A stretch of 63,585 bases of DNA, the filler included, from Octopus bimaculoides (lineage: Eukaryota): NCBI RefSeq assembly GCF_001194135.2. It is 3 parts of 3 records of this genome, joined end to end, with 100 filler letters (N's around TTAATTAATTAA, not from the genome) between each part and the next. Parts side by side here need not be neighbours in the genome. Positions count along the whole stretch, not along the records: positions 28,941 to 60,044 come from NC_068986.1; positions 60,145 to 63,585 come from NC_069006.1; 1 more part is not named here. One strand, written 5' to 3'. The position numbers and the translations under genes are program-made. A model generated the notes under the pieces. It was given only the letters and a program-made list of their open reading frames with translations, had not been told where the DNA came from and made no database searches. Below are positions 50,493 to 63,585 of the stretch, in pieces; within the stretch, counting starts at the first letter, position 1, and each line of letters begins with the position of its first letter.

Positions 50493-52249
50493 AGGGTGAC
50501 AAAAGATAAAGTTGATTTCAGCATGATTTGAACTCAGAATATATACAAAACACTGTAAAATATTTTGTTTGATGCTCTAATAATTCTGCCAAACCACCAA
50601 CAAAAATATACTGCAATTTGAAATTCAATAATCTTTTAATTCATTGAAATTTCAAGAGTAACTTGAACAAATTTCATTCTTTTCATGTCAGTTTTCGATA
50701 AGCATGAAGCATTGTATTTGATGGCATAAAAAATGCAAAATCATATTAAATGCACTGTAATTTCAGCTATGCGTATTTAGTAAAAAGAAATTTTTCGTGT
50801 ATTAAATGAAGCGATATTGACCCAATTTCACATAAAAGACCCGAGGTGGTTTTTTAAGACAATATTTTGGACAAAAATGCACCTTACGTGTCATCAAATA
50901 CACTACTGACTTATGTCGTATTAATTTAAAGATCCTTGAGTTAATTCATTTACATCAAATCAAATGCATATTCAATTTTATGCTATATTTTGTCATTTCT
51001 TATGCAAAATCGAAACATCTTATGCAATTAACCCAGATTGATTATTATTTATATATGCAGTTAAGCAATCAATTTTATATAGATTTGATGTAAAATAATT
51101 TGATGGTTATGCAACTATCTGAAATATGCATTAAAATGGACCTGATTTTTATATATTTCATTTCTTTGTGCTTTCAGTCTTACTGCAGAAATCAGATATA
51201 TTCAATCAAACTTTCTTTACCCTTAACTACAGAAAGCAGTTTTGTACATCAATCTATCTTTTGTTGAGGAATGTTATGCTTGAAACTATTTTTGTTAAGA
51301 TATGTCAAGTTTGTCAAGGCAATGGGACTTGCAGAAAATACCGTTTCTATTTTTTTGGTAGATATTTAACATCATGACTGAGTATGAGCAAACTAGCTCA
51401 AAAGTGAATCAGTCTTGCAGTCCTGTCATCTGTTGGAGGATGGTAGGGATTCGCTCCCCTGCTGGGAATATATATGTACAGGGTTCAGGCTGTGCCTATA
51501 ACCAGCTGGTAGAAGATCTACCTGGGGTTAAACTAGTAGTAACATTGAACAGCCATATCGATGTGGTAATTAACTTTATTTAACATTACTACTGGTATAA
51601 CCATGAAATTTAATTTTGCACTTAAAAGGTTAAGTTCAATTTAGTTTGGGTAGATACGACCTTTCATTCTTCTGAGATTGATCAAAATAAATACCCAGTT
51701 GTGTGTAGTCAATAGTTACAATTTGTTTGCTGCACAACTTGGGTGTCATTATGCTTACTGTCCAATTTATAAAGCCTTTCTTTAGTTACATATGATTTAT
51801 TACAAAATGTGATTAGTTACTATTGATTTACTTTGTACCCTGGGTGGCATTAGTGTTGCTATTGGATCTATAAAGCCTTATTTTGGTTACAAATATTTGA
51901 ATACACATCACTCCACATCCCCACTTCTCTATTTGGAACAATGGTTGATGTGATCACATTAACTTATTCAACCCATGTTAGCAAAAAATATATAAGTAAA
52001 CAAGGAACTAGAGTAAAAAATATACAGGAATAAGATAAAGAGACTAAGAAGGAAGTTATGCTGCACAAATAGCATATCGTTTATTAGTTACTGTGAGATA
52101 TATCAACCTAATTATTATGCTGTATTAAACGAATTATTTTTTGCAGAGTATATAAAAAAAAAATTTTTTTAACCCTGTTTGTAACTAACATTAAATAAAT
52201 CAATAAGTTTGTCTCTTACTAGAACGAAGAGCTTGCACATGTTCAGAGA

Positions 52250-52328
<79 letters not shown>

Positions 52329-52534
52329 TCCCTGTTATTGCTAATAGGTATATCTTTCTGCTGGTTTTGCACTAAATAATTGAAATATCAAGCATTGATG
52401 ATGGTAAGCCTCCAATTAGGTAGCAGCCATTAAATTTCATTTACTAATTAACCTGTATCTTTCCCACCCCATCGTCTAATATCTGTTCTTACTGACCCAC
52501 TCAGGTTTCTAGTACTGTAATAACCTCTTTACTC

Positions 52535-52564
<30 letters not shown>

Positions 52565-52568
<4 letters not shown>

Positions 52569-52945
52569 TCTTTTACTTGTTTCAGTCACTTGACTGTGAC
52601 CTTGCTGGAGCACCACCTTTAGTCGAACAAATTGACCCCAGGACTTATTCTTTGTAAGCCTAGTGCTTAAACTAGTGGTCTCTTTTGCTGAACTGCTAAG
52701 TTATGGGTATGTAAACGTACCAACATCAGTTGTCAAGCAACGGTGGGGGGGGGGACAAACACAAACATACACATCACACGCACACGCACACACACACACA
52801 CACACACACATACATATACGATGGGTTTCTTTCAGTTTCCGTCTACCAAATCCATTCACAAGGCTTCAGTCAGTCAGAGGCTATAGTAGAAAACACTTGC
52901 CCAAGGTGCCAAGCAGTGGGACTGAACCCGGAACCACATGTATGT
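52565..52945 (-). mobile_element. SINE family B, near full length (tRNA head, Meta/MESC-like central domain)
   Basis: Minus strand ggttccgggttcagtcccact...ggcaccttgggcaagtgt...gatttggtagacggaaactgaaagaa; domain name is from recall and tentative. Confidence 0.8.
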
Positions 52946-53189
52946 TAATACAGCATTATATATCACAAACCATATTTGGTCAAGAAAAGTTACTGGATTG
53001 TTTCCTATGCAATGATGACTTTCTAAGCAGAAAGCATTAAATAATCTTCAGGCATGGTTGACTGGAAAAATATAGTCAGACCTCTTTTGCCCTTAAGTTG
53101 CAAAAGTTACCATCCAGTCAGAGCATAGGCTAATGGTAAACATAAAGTGGTAGGCTACAGCCAAAAAATCTATAACTGAGGAGGGTATA

Positions 53190-53668
<479 letters not shown>

Positions 53669-53672
53669 TGTG

Positions 53673-53786
53673 GGCATATGGCATAGTGGTTAAGAGAACA
53701 GGCTACTAACCCCAAGATTCTGAGTTCGATTCCAGTCAGTGACTTGAATAATAACAATAATAATAACAACAATAATAATAATAATG

Positions 53787-53817
<31 letters not shown>

Positions 53818-53986
53818 GAAGAAGAAGAAGAAGAAGAAGAATAACATCGAAAAATACCTTAGGAATGAGAACCCAAGTTCAAAATTTCCCCAAGACACCT
53901 GAAGAAGGCTGGAGGGTATATCAGCCGAAACGCTGTGTTAACAACAAACAAGATGAGGACAAATATCTGTCAAATGTAAATAATGT
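53673..53986 (+). mobile_element. tRNA/hammerhead SINE-like element, right copy of a head-to-head pair
   Basis: A box tggcatagtggtt, B box gttcgattcc, (AAT)n(AAG)n, GACAC-CUGAAGA-A-GGCUG...CAGCC-GAAAC-GCU-GUGUU at 53894-53939. Confidence 0.85.
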
Positions 53987-54149
53987 GGAGGGCATAGTTA
54001 GGTTAAAAAAATATAAACCAAGTGTAAAGTCATCCAGGACAGTGTTATGTAAAAGTCTCATGCAAAGTCATATATTGCAATGAGGGGAAGTATATGCACT
54101 TGTTATTCAGATTGAAAGAGGGGGGAAATAACAGGGGGAGGGTGATAGA

Positions 54150-54200
<51 letters not shown>

Positions 54201-55202
54201 ATAGGTAATGAGATGAAGAGAGGTCAAGAAGATAGGATGTGAGGCAAAAGAGGTCTGTGTATAATTGTGTTGGGTAGAAAGATGAAACAAAAAAGAGAAC
54301 CTGGAGATGTCATAAGGGAATAAAACTCAGATAAGGTCAATGGTATTTCTTGCTGGTAGGTGGGACTGAACTAATATACTAATAAGTATTTACACTCATT
54401 TTGGAGCTCAAAAAGCTCCCTGGGTAGAGGGAATTCTTCAGGACTGTATGCTTTTCTGCCGAATACAGGATGTGCATTCTACTGCTGGTAAAATATGGTC
54501 ATATAAGATCAGCTAAAAGTTGTTTGAGAAACAAAGAACTTTTAGCTTATCTTGTATGATGGAGCCTGGCTAGCATCATAACATTTTGATTTCTTGGATT
54601 TTAAAGGAGGACCTGTAGTGCTTAGCCAGATCTTGATTGGACTTCCATTGCTTCAAAATATTGCTGTACTTGCATTATCTTACTGAGGTGACTAGATGCT
54701 ATTTCTGCTTCATATAGAGCAGCTGCTAAGTGGGCATGTGTTATTATCTTTGCCTAAACATCGTGGCTCTGTGCTGCTTGGTTTGCAACTATTCGATAAG
54801 ATTCATTTCATATTATGCAATAGTTTTTATACTTATGCATGGGTGGAAAATGCTCATGTATTAATCTGAGAAAGGCCTTCACAGGTCTTAATTCTTAGAG
54901 GTACATTGCCTTCATGGGGCTAGTGTTTGGTATAGTATGAATATGGTCCTTGAAACTGATAACAGTCAAGGTCTACCTATAGTACATGGGTACTGCATCA
55001 AAGATCTCCTAACTGAAAGATAGACTGGAGATCATCCTGCTAACACCCTTCATAAATTGCAGAGCTATCAGCAATAGTATGATAGACAAGCCAAAGATAA
55101 TAAGATGCAGTTGACTGCCACAACGTAATAATGGTGACAAGAGTATTACAAGACTCATGACAACATATTAGTGGACGAGGATCCACATTATAACATACAT
55201 AC

Positions 55203-55236
<34 letters not shown>

Positions 55237-55442
55237 ATTATATATATGTATATATATGTATATATATGTGTGTACATATATACATAAAGGCCAGTTTACG
55301 GGATAACCCCCTGGGTTTAACTTTCATAAGGCACTTAGCACTACAGGTCCCAGTACCTGTTGGTTTAAGGCTTCTCTAGAGAGTGGCCCCTCTAGAACAT
55401 GGTGGAGGAAGTGATCTCACCAGACAATGTCAACAACTGGGG

Positions 55443-55530
<88 letters not shown>

Positions 55531-55719
55531 TACCTACATACATACATACATACATACATACCTACATACATACATACATGCATACATGCATACATACATA
55601 CATACAAACAAAAATACCCTGTTGTTGATGTTGAAATTCCAATGAAGGAGTCTTGGATTTAGGTTAGAAACATGTTCTTTCTCTATTGGCAAGAAATCTT
55701 GAAATAAACTGAATGGCAT

Positions 55720-55856
<137 letters not shown>

Positions 55857-56988
55857 TGTATAAACAAGCACACACAAACATATACACGCACATATTATAT
55901 GTGTGTGTGTGTTTAGTAATGAAATTTTCATACAAACTGTCTTGAAACAAAAGAAAACTGTCTACATTACATGCACAATAAAAGAATATAATAAACTGCA
56001 TTTTAAAATCTAACATCTATTCTAGAAAGCTGATTTCTATTCTTCTCAAATCTCTTTCATGCCTTCATAAAAGACAACAACAATGAAACCAACAGAGACT
56101 TAACATAATCTTAATTGCATTTAATTCTTCCAGATATAAATTTGCCAATCTGTAATTTGATTGATTTTTAATTGACAGATTTTAATAATCGATATTATAA
56201 AGAGATAATAGAGTGGGTGTGTGAGTGGTATATCAACAGTCTGCTTTTAGGAACAAAGCTTCTGTTATATCCTTTTATTTATTTAGCTGTTCTATCATCT
56301 AAAGCCACATAATCACAAATCAATGTTTAAAGCAATTCGTTTCCCCATCAGTTTGCTCATCCAAATCATTGTCAATTCATTTAATGATGGATAGAAAAGT
56401 CTGTTAAGAATGGGATCAGTCTGCTTGCTTTAAACTTAAGAAGATTGCACACTTAACTCAGAGAAAGCTTTATTTATTCATGGCTTTGTTGAAAGAGTGA
56501 AAATCAATAGGAAAAAAACAAAACAAAACAAAAACCCTTTAATAAACTGTAGAAATCAAACAGCAATCCATATTAATCCATAAAATCAGAATGTAGGTTT
56601 GAAATGTCTGTTAAATCATCATTGATAATGGTGATAATGTAGGTTTTTTTGTAGCCCTGTAGATAGGGATCGTTAGTGAGGAAAACTGGATGTTAAATTG
56701 ATGTTGTTGTTGTTGTTGTTGTTTAGCTTCAGGTTCGACTTCAACAAACAAAACTATCGTCAAAGATGTTCCATTCCTGACCATCATGTTTGTTGTTATT
56801 TTCTAAATGTTATATCATCCAATGTTTTCCCCCCTCCTCACTTTTTGAGATAGTAGGCAACGTGTTGGAGGAAGATTTAGCTGCTATATAATCTTACCGG
56901 TTGTGTAACTGTATAAGGATGATGATGAGGAGGAGGAGGAGGATGAGGATGACAGCAGAAGATGCTGGCAATGTTGTGACATTGTACA

Positions 56989-57024
<36 letters not shown>

Positions 57025-57308
57025 CTTGATGATGATGATGACAACAATGTCAATGAAGATTTGACAAAGACAACAATAATAATGATGATGATGATGATGG
57101 TTTCTTCACATGAATTTTAAAATGCAAATGATTCCAGTTTGTCACAAGAATATATTTCTGAAAATAGCAAGGCGCCCCCCCCATCAACACAATTAATGGC
57201 ATTTTAGTAATACTTGAAATCTCTTCCTTTACAACAGTGGTGTTAAGATTGATGTCATTAACCTTTCAGCCTGCAAAATGGCATTGCCTTAGCAATTACA
57301 TGTCCAAT

Positions 57309-57353
<45 letters not shown>

Positions 57354-57519
57354 GCATGCATGCATGCACGCACGCACACATGCACGCACGCGCGCACACA
57401 CACACACGCATGCACACATGCACACACATGCACGCACGCACGCATGCTTATACCTGTATTTATTCAGGTATGATGTAAGCATCTGTGTTTAAACATGAAT
57501 ATACATATATGTATATACA

Positions 57520-58400
57520 AAGGTATGATGGGTAAATAAATTGCAGCCATTTTATATTTTTAATTTCATGCATGTGCATTGTTTGTTTCGATTTTGTTGA
57601 CTACACACTATAGTAGGGTCAGTTGGGCACCATCTGTGAGAAAAACAGCACCATGATGCAATTCACTCTACCAGAAATTTGGAAACAACATGCTTACTGC
57701 TTGGCATTCATACTGGAAGATCCAATATTTCAGAGTGTTTGGGTGTCAATCTGAGGACAGTGCAATCTGATGACATGTACCGAGAGTGATGAAAACCAAA
57801 CATCCAGTCAACATCATGGTGTTTGGAGTGATCACTAGCGATGGTGACGTTATGCCTCCATTCATCTTCCCACACAGCCTCACACTCAACACGGAGGCCT
57901 ACATCAAGTGCCTGGAGGAGGTAGTGCTGCTCTGGGTCAAGAGGGTTGGCTGCTGGAAGACCCTATGTCTGGCAACAGGACTCTGCACCACGCCACACAA
58001 GCAGGAGAGCCCAGTCACGGCTGTCAGACAAATTCTGTGATCACATCAACTCTAACATCTGGCCACCTAACTCCCCAGACAGCAATACCTTTGATTATTA
58101 TGTGTGGGGCACAATTGAGTGAGAGACCAACAAAACTTCTTGTAACAGCAAAGATGAACTGAAGGCAAGGATTATGGCAGCATTCACCAACTTAAACAAG
58201 GAGACCATCCAGAAGAGTTGCAGGAGATTCTGAAGTCGTCTAGAGGCCTTGGTTGAAGCCAATGGCGATTTTATTGAGTAATTTTACTTTTTACTATTTC
58301 AAGATATTTTAAAGTAATTTTGGTAAATATATCTGTTAAAATGAGATGTCAGTGTTATTTTCATTATTGCATAATTTAGACGACAGTTTATTCACCACAC
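57520..58400 (+). mobile_element. maT-type (DD37D-like) internally deleted element
   Basis: MKTKHPVNIMVFGVITSDGDVMPPFIFP...WQQDSAPRHT...WPPNSPD..PLDYYVWG...ELKARIMAAF...VEANGDFIE* across frames. Confidence 0.85.
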
Positions 58401-58427
58401 TTTCATATTTATGTTTCTTTCTCTCTA

Positions 58428-58946
58428 CGTGGTCTGATCAATAAGTATTCAGACTGTTGCTATAGTAACGTGGCTAAAGCATGCAGAGTGAACCCACTTG
58501 GCACAGATTGACTTTGAACTCTGTTGTGCATGCACACTAAGTCTTAACATTCGAGCTCACTTCTGCTGTTTACAGAAGTGATGGGAAGGAAGATGTGTAA
58601 CACGTGGTCATTGCATTAACCATGACAGAACGTTTGTCAATATCAACATTTTTTCAGCCATCTGGAAAATGTCTGAACCACTCGTACACTTCTGTGTGGC
58701 TCATACACCCCTCACTATAAACTTTCTGCAACTTTGCATTGACCTCTGAGCAGGTATCGCCATGATAACTTTCTCTGTCATGGTCAATGCGACAATCACA
58801 CACTACACACCTTCCTTCCAAGCACTTCTGTAAACAACAGAAGTGAGCTAGAATGGTAAAGGTCAATCTTTGCCAAGCAGCTTCACTCTGCATACTTTAG
58901 CTTTGTTACTATGGCAACAGTCTGGATACTTATTGATCAGACCTCG
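58428..58946. mobile_element. mariner-derived element built from two inverted 5' ends
   Basis: TA-cgtggtctgatcaataagtattcagactg ... cagtctggatacttattgatcagacctcg-TA. About 200-bp imperfect arms. The minus arm encodes the HTH start KLQKVYSEGCMSHTEVYEWF. Confidence 0.85.
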
Positions 58947-59662
58947 TATATATATANNNNNNNNNNNNNNNNNNNNNNNNNNNNNNNNNNNNNNNNNNNN
59001 NNNNNNNNNNNNNNNNNNNNNNNNNNNNNNNNNNNNNNNNNNNNNNNNNNNNNNNNNNNNNNNNNNNNNNNNNNNNNNNNNNNNNNNNNNNNNNNNNNNN
59101 NNNNNNNNNNNNNNNNNNNNNNNNNNNNNNNNNNNNNNNNNNNNNNNNNNNNNNNNNNNNNNNNNNNNNNNNNNNNNNNNNNNNNNNNNNNNNNNNNNNN
59201 NNNNNNNNNNNNNNNNNNNNNNNNNNNNNNNNNNNNNNNNNNNNNNNNNNNNNNNNNNNNNNNNNNNNNNNNNNNNNNNNNNNNNNNNNNNNNNNNNNNN
59301 NNNNNNNNNNNNNNNNNNNNNNNNNNNNNNNNNNNNNNNNNNNNNNNNNNNNNNNNNNNNNNNNNNNNNNNNNNNNNNNNNNNNNNNNNNNNNNNNNNNN
59401 NNNNNNNNNNNNNNNNNNNNNNNNNNNNNNNNNNNNNNNNNNNNNNNNNNNNNNNNNNNNNNNNNNNNNNNNNNNNNNNNNNNNNNNNNNNNNNNNNNNN
59501 NNNNNNNNNNNNNNNNNNNNNNNNNNNNNNNNNNNNNNNNNNNNNNNNNNNNNNNNNNNNNNNNNNNNNNNNNNNNNNNNNNNNNNNNNNNNNNNNNNNN
59601 NNNNNNNNNNNNNNNNNNNNNNNNNNNNNNNNNNNNNNNNNNNNNNNNNNNNNNNNNNNNNN

Positions 59663-59870
59663 TACAGGTATTATATATTAGAAAAAATGATAAGGTACTC
59701 AGAGATCTGGATGGTTGTACATTTACAGATTTTTACTGATACGTCACATGGTTTTATAAATCATATGTTAGCGCTTGCATCTACTCTAATAGATTCTTCA
59801 AAATCTGTAAATGTACGACCATCCAGATCTCTGAGTACCTTATCATTTTTTCTAATATGTAATACCTGTA
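59663..59870. repeat. Inverted repeat (~70-bp arms, ~67-bp spacer)
   Basis: tacaggtattatatattagaaaaaatgataaggtactcagagatctggatgg... pairs with ...ccatccagatctctgagtaccttatcattttttctaatatgtaatacctgta. Confidence 0.95.
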
Positions 59871-60044
59871 CATCACCTCCAAATCTTCTAATATCATCAT
59901 CATCATCATCATCATCGTTTAACGTCCGCTTTCCATGCTAGCATGGGTTGGACGATTTGACTGAGGACTGGTGAAACCGGATGGCAACACCAGGCTCCAG
60001 TCTGATTTGGCAGAGTTTCTACAGCTGGATGCGCTTCCTAACGC

Positions 60045-60144
60045 NNNNNNNNNNNNNNNNNNNNNNNNNNNNNNNNNNNNNNNNNNNNTTAATTAATTAA
60101 NNNNNNNNNNNNNNNNNNNNNNNNNNNNNNNNNNNNNNNNNNNN
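60045..60144. other. Scaffolding spacer (44 N + TTAATTAATTAA + 44 N)
   Basis: Same construct as 28841-28940. Confidence 0.9.
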
Positions 60145-62339
60145 GCATAAACCAGCAAAAAAAAAGAGAAAGAAACAAGCAAACTATTTTCTTGTTTCAT
60201 TAACATTTTTTAGAAGCGTTTTTCTTTTTTTTTTGTTATTGTTTTAGTATTGTCTGTTTATTTTATTTTTTTTTTTTATATTTTCGTTATAAAAGGAAAG
60301 TTCCCAAGAAGGACTTACGTTTTTGGAAATAACATCTGGTGATAGTGGTGGTGGTCGTGGTGGCGTGGCTGGTGCTAGGGTAGGTGGCAAATAATGTATG
60401 AAGCATGTTGGGAAGGTAGGAAATAACCCGAAATTTTTGAAGAATTTTAATCAGGAGAAAATCACATTAAATTTGATCTGAATACAAGCCTAATTAGATA
60501 ACTCACAAAAAGGGTCGGTGTTTATGTGTGTGTGTGTGTTTGTGTGTCGTGTGTGTGTGAGTGAGTCTGTGTGCGCGTGAATATATGTATGTATGTATGT
60601 ATTTATTTATGTATCTCTGCATGTAGATATGTGTGTATATATGTATGAATATATATATATTTAGGTATATTAATATATAATGTATGTATATATACATCTA
60701 TATATGACAATATTTACACCTATATTGAGATATATATATATACAAATATATATATATATATACATGCACACACACACACATATATATATATATATGAATG
60801 TATGTGTGTATCTATACAATACATGTCTACATGTGTGTGTACATTAATATGATTATACACACATACACATATGATAGTTTCCAGATTAAATTCAATATAG
60901 AGAAAATATATAATGTTTGTAGTTGAATTATGCTTGAGGGATTGTAGTTTGAAATTTTGTGCGCAAAGAGGATGTCAGAACGTCTTTTTTTCCTCATTAG
61001 CAGGTTGATGGACACTGTCAATATTTTACGCTTTTCTGATGCAAACAAATTCTGTGTGGTTCCTTATACTCTGCGTGTTTTTGACCTACCTTCGTAGTTC
61101 CATGTTATTGTAGGGTTCGCTATTACACGATCCTGTAGCAATCTGATATAATTTGACAATAACGAGAAGTTGTTTTTGGTCTTGTTTCTGAACGAATGCA
61201 TTGACTGTGTTTATCGTGTCTTAAATGGATTTTCGGAGAATTCGATTTTTGTCTTTCGTTCCATCACTGTTTAGTATACTCTGTCGGTACAGAAGTTTTT
61301 TGCTAAGAGGAAAATAGCGATGTTACTACTCTAGCATTTGAGCAGGTGTGCATGTATACCATTTTTGAGGATTTTATGGTTACTGAAAATCTGAACTTCT
61401 ATATTATGTAAACAACTATGACTTATCTTAACTAAATTCCTATTGAAGATTTTATGCTATATATTGATGTACGAAAAAATAGATACTGAACGTGATAAGA
61501 AATTATTGAGCTACAATTATCGGTACATTTATAATAATTCAACTATTCATTCTATCACGTCACCTCTCCAGCAAAATACTTTATATTACAATACTGTATA
61601 ATCAGATATTCCCTTTATTGTATTTTGTTTATTACATTTATTTCTTGAAGTATTCATTTTAATCCATTTGTAACATGTTTCTTGTGCTTATTCCCCACAA
61701 TCACACAATAACCCACCGAAGTAAACTTTTAGGGTTCGATAACGTACAGCAGCAGTCAAGTACTAGGGTCAATATAATCGACTTTTATCTTTCCCTCGAA
61801 ATCTTTGGCTTTGTTCTAAAATTGTAAAGCTTACTGGTTAGGGGGTTAACGAACAAGAAAAATGACAACAACAACAACAACAACAATAATAACAGAAAAC
61901 CGATACTAAGAACATTAGTTATCCCCTTGGTGGCCCTTCGTATGAATGTGACTACCCGCATGTAGTTATTCGCATCTAATAGCCGTTAAATATTCTTCAT
62001 ATAGAATTATATTGCCTCTATCCCGTTAAATGCTTAATAAAATTTCATGGTTATTCCAGAAATGATGTTAAATATCGACCAAAGAATAAAATTTATATTT
62101 TCTGCAAGTCACGTTTTCTCAATAAACTTGACACAAATCCGTCTATAAAACTGTTTTCTGCAATTAAGGCCAACGGAATTTCAAGTGGATACATTTGATT
62201 CAACAGTAAAAAGGGTTAATTTACTAATATATATTTATCTTTTCTCATGTCTCCAACACTGTCTTAATGTACTAACACATATTTGTCTTTTATTATTTTA
62301 TATTCCAAACACAATATACCAGTATGTATGTTTGTATGC

Positions 62340-62387
<48 letters not shown>

Positions 62388-62759
62388 CTTTTGTTATGTT
62401 ACAAACGCCATTGAAATCCTATAACTGCAAAATTAAGTTTCATAGTTATTCTACTAATGATGTTAAATACCTACCCCAAAAAATAGGACTGGTATTCTCG
62501 GCAAGTCACGTTGTCTCAATAAACTTGAGATATCTGAATAAAACGTAATTTCAAACATGACAATCTTTAACAGAATATAGATTGGTATATAAAACCGCTT
62601 TCTGTAGTTAAAGGTAATGAAATTTTGAGTGTATATGTATCTGATTTCCATAGTAAAACTGTTAATATACCAATATTTATGTCTTTTATTCTGTCCTAAA
62701 AAGCATCTTAGTATACAAGTATGCATTTGTCTTTTGTTACAATATGTTCTGAATGCAAT

Positions 62760-63110
62760 ATACTCTTTTACTTGTTTCAGTCAGTTGACTGCGGCCATGC
62801 TGGAGCACCGCCTTTATAGTCGAGCAAATCGACCCCAGGACTTATTCTTTGTAAGCCTAGTACTTATTCTATCGGTCTCTTTTGCCGAACTGCTAAGTTA
62901 CGGGGACCTAAACACACCAGCATCGGTTGTCAAGCGATGCTGGGAGGACAAACACAGACACACAAACATATACACACACATACATATATGCTACGGGCTT
63001 CTTTGAGTTTCCGTCTACCAAATCCACTCACAAGGCTTTGGTCGGAGGCTATAGTAGAAGACACTTGCCCAAAGTGCCATGCAGTGGGGCTGAACCCAGA
63101 ACGATGTGGC
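62760..63110 (-). mobile_element. SINE family B, near full length
   Basis: Collinear with 52565-52945. Confidence 0.85.
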
Positions 63111-63528
63111 TGTGATGGATGTGTCTCGTATACCCTTATCAGACGTGTATTCATGATGGGTATTTTAGGCTTCGTAGATTTGTACCCTAGTGTCACTTTG
63201 ATGGCAGGCGCTGCTGCTGCTGCTAATGATAATAATAATAATAATTGGTAACTCGGATGTGGAATCTAAAAACAGAAACAATTCCTATCTTAGTAGGTGC
63301 CTTAGGTATAATAAAAAAAATATTCAGACAAATGCATAACAAAAACACCAGGACTTACAAATATATATAACATACAGAAAATTGCACTACTGGGCACTGC
63401 ACACATCCTACGCAAAACACTTTCAATACAGTAACCATAAGAGCATCATAGCAAACCACAGCACATGCCCAAGGCGCACAGAGCTGCGCTCGGTAGTGAA
63501 GTGAAAGCACGTTATAAAAATAAAACTA

Positions 63529-63585
<57 letters not shown>

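Noticed and set aside
53673-53750. tRNA genes at SINE heads (also 5800-5870 and 44150-44220)
   Set aside because: A and B boxes are present but the acceptor stem is not evident, and each runs into a repeat body.

Overview
Repeat-dominated animal genomic DNA, AT-rich and dense in microsatellites, from a gapped short-read assembly. The SINE families, microsatellite load and TE mix suggest an octopus (inference). Only one credible host gene is present: a minus-strand, single-coding-exon, type II membrane protein with a glycosyltransferase-like (GT-A) signature (13317-14276, 319 aa), with a splice acceptor directly before the ATG. The rest is decayed mobile DNA: CR1-like, Tx1/L1 and RTE LINEs, two Penelope-like (GIY-YIG) elements, a Gypsy pol, Tigger/pogo, Chapaev3, hAT, maT and mariner transposons, a piggyBac-like MITE, Helitron ends and several tRNA-derived SINE families. 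Three things stand out. (1) Seven minimal type I hammerhead-ribozyme-like motifs occur in Penelope tails, in a palindrome loop, and inside a tRNA-headed SINE-like element; none is fully canonical. (2) About eight long fold-back inverted repeats are built from different repeat families. (3) The orphan glycosyltransferase-like gene is unclassified. No rRNA, genuine tRNA or CRISPR was found. Most ORFs in the track are microsatellite or N-gap artefacts. TE boundaries are approximate because they were read by eye.
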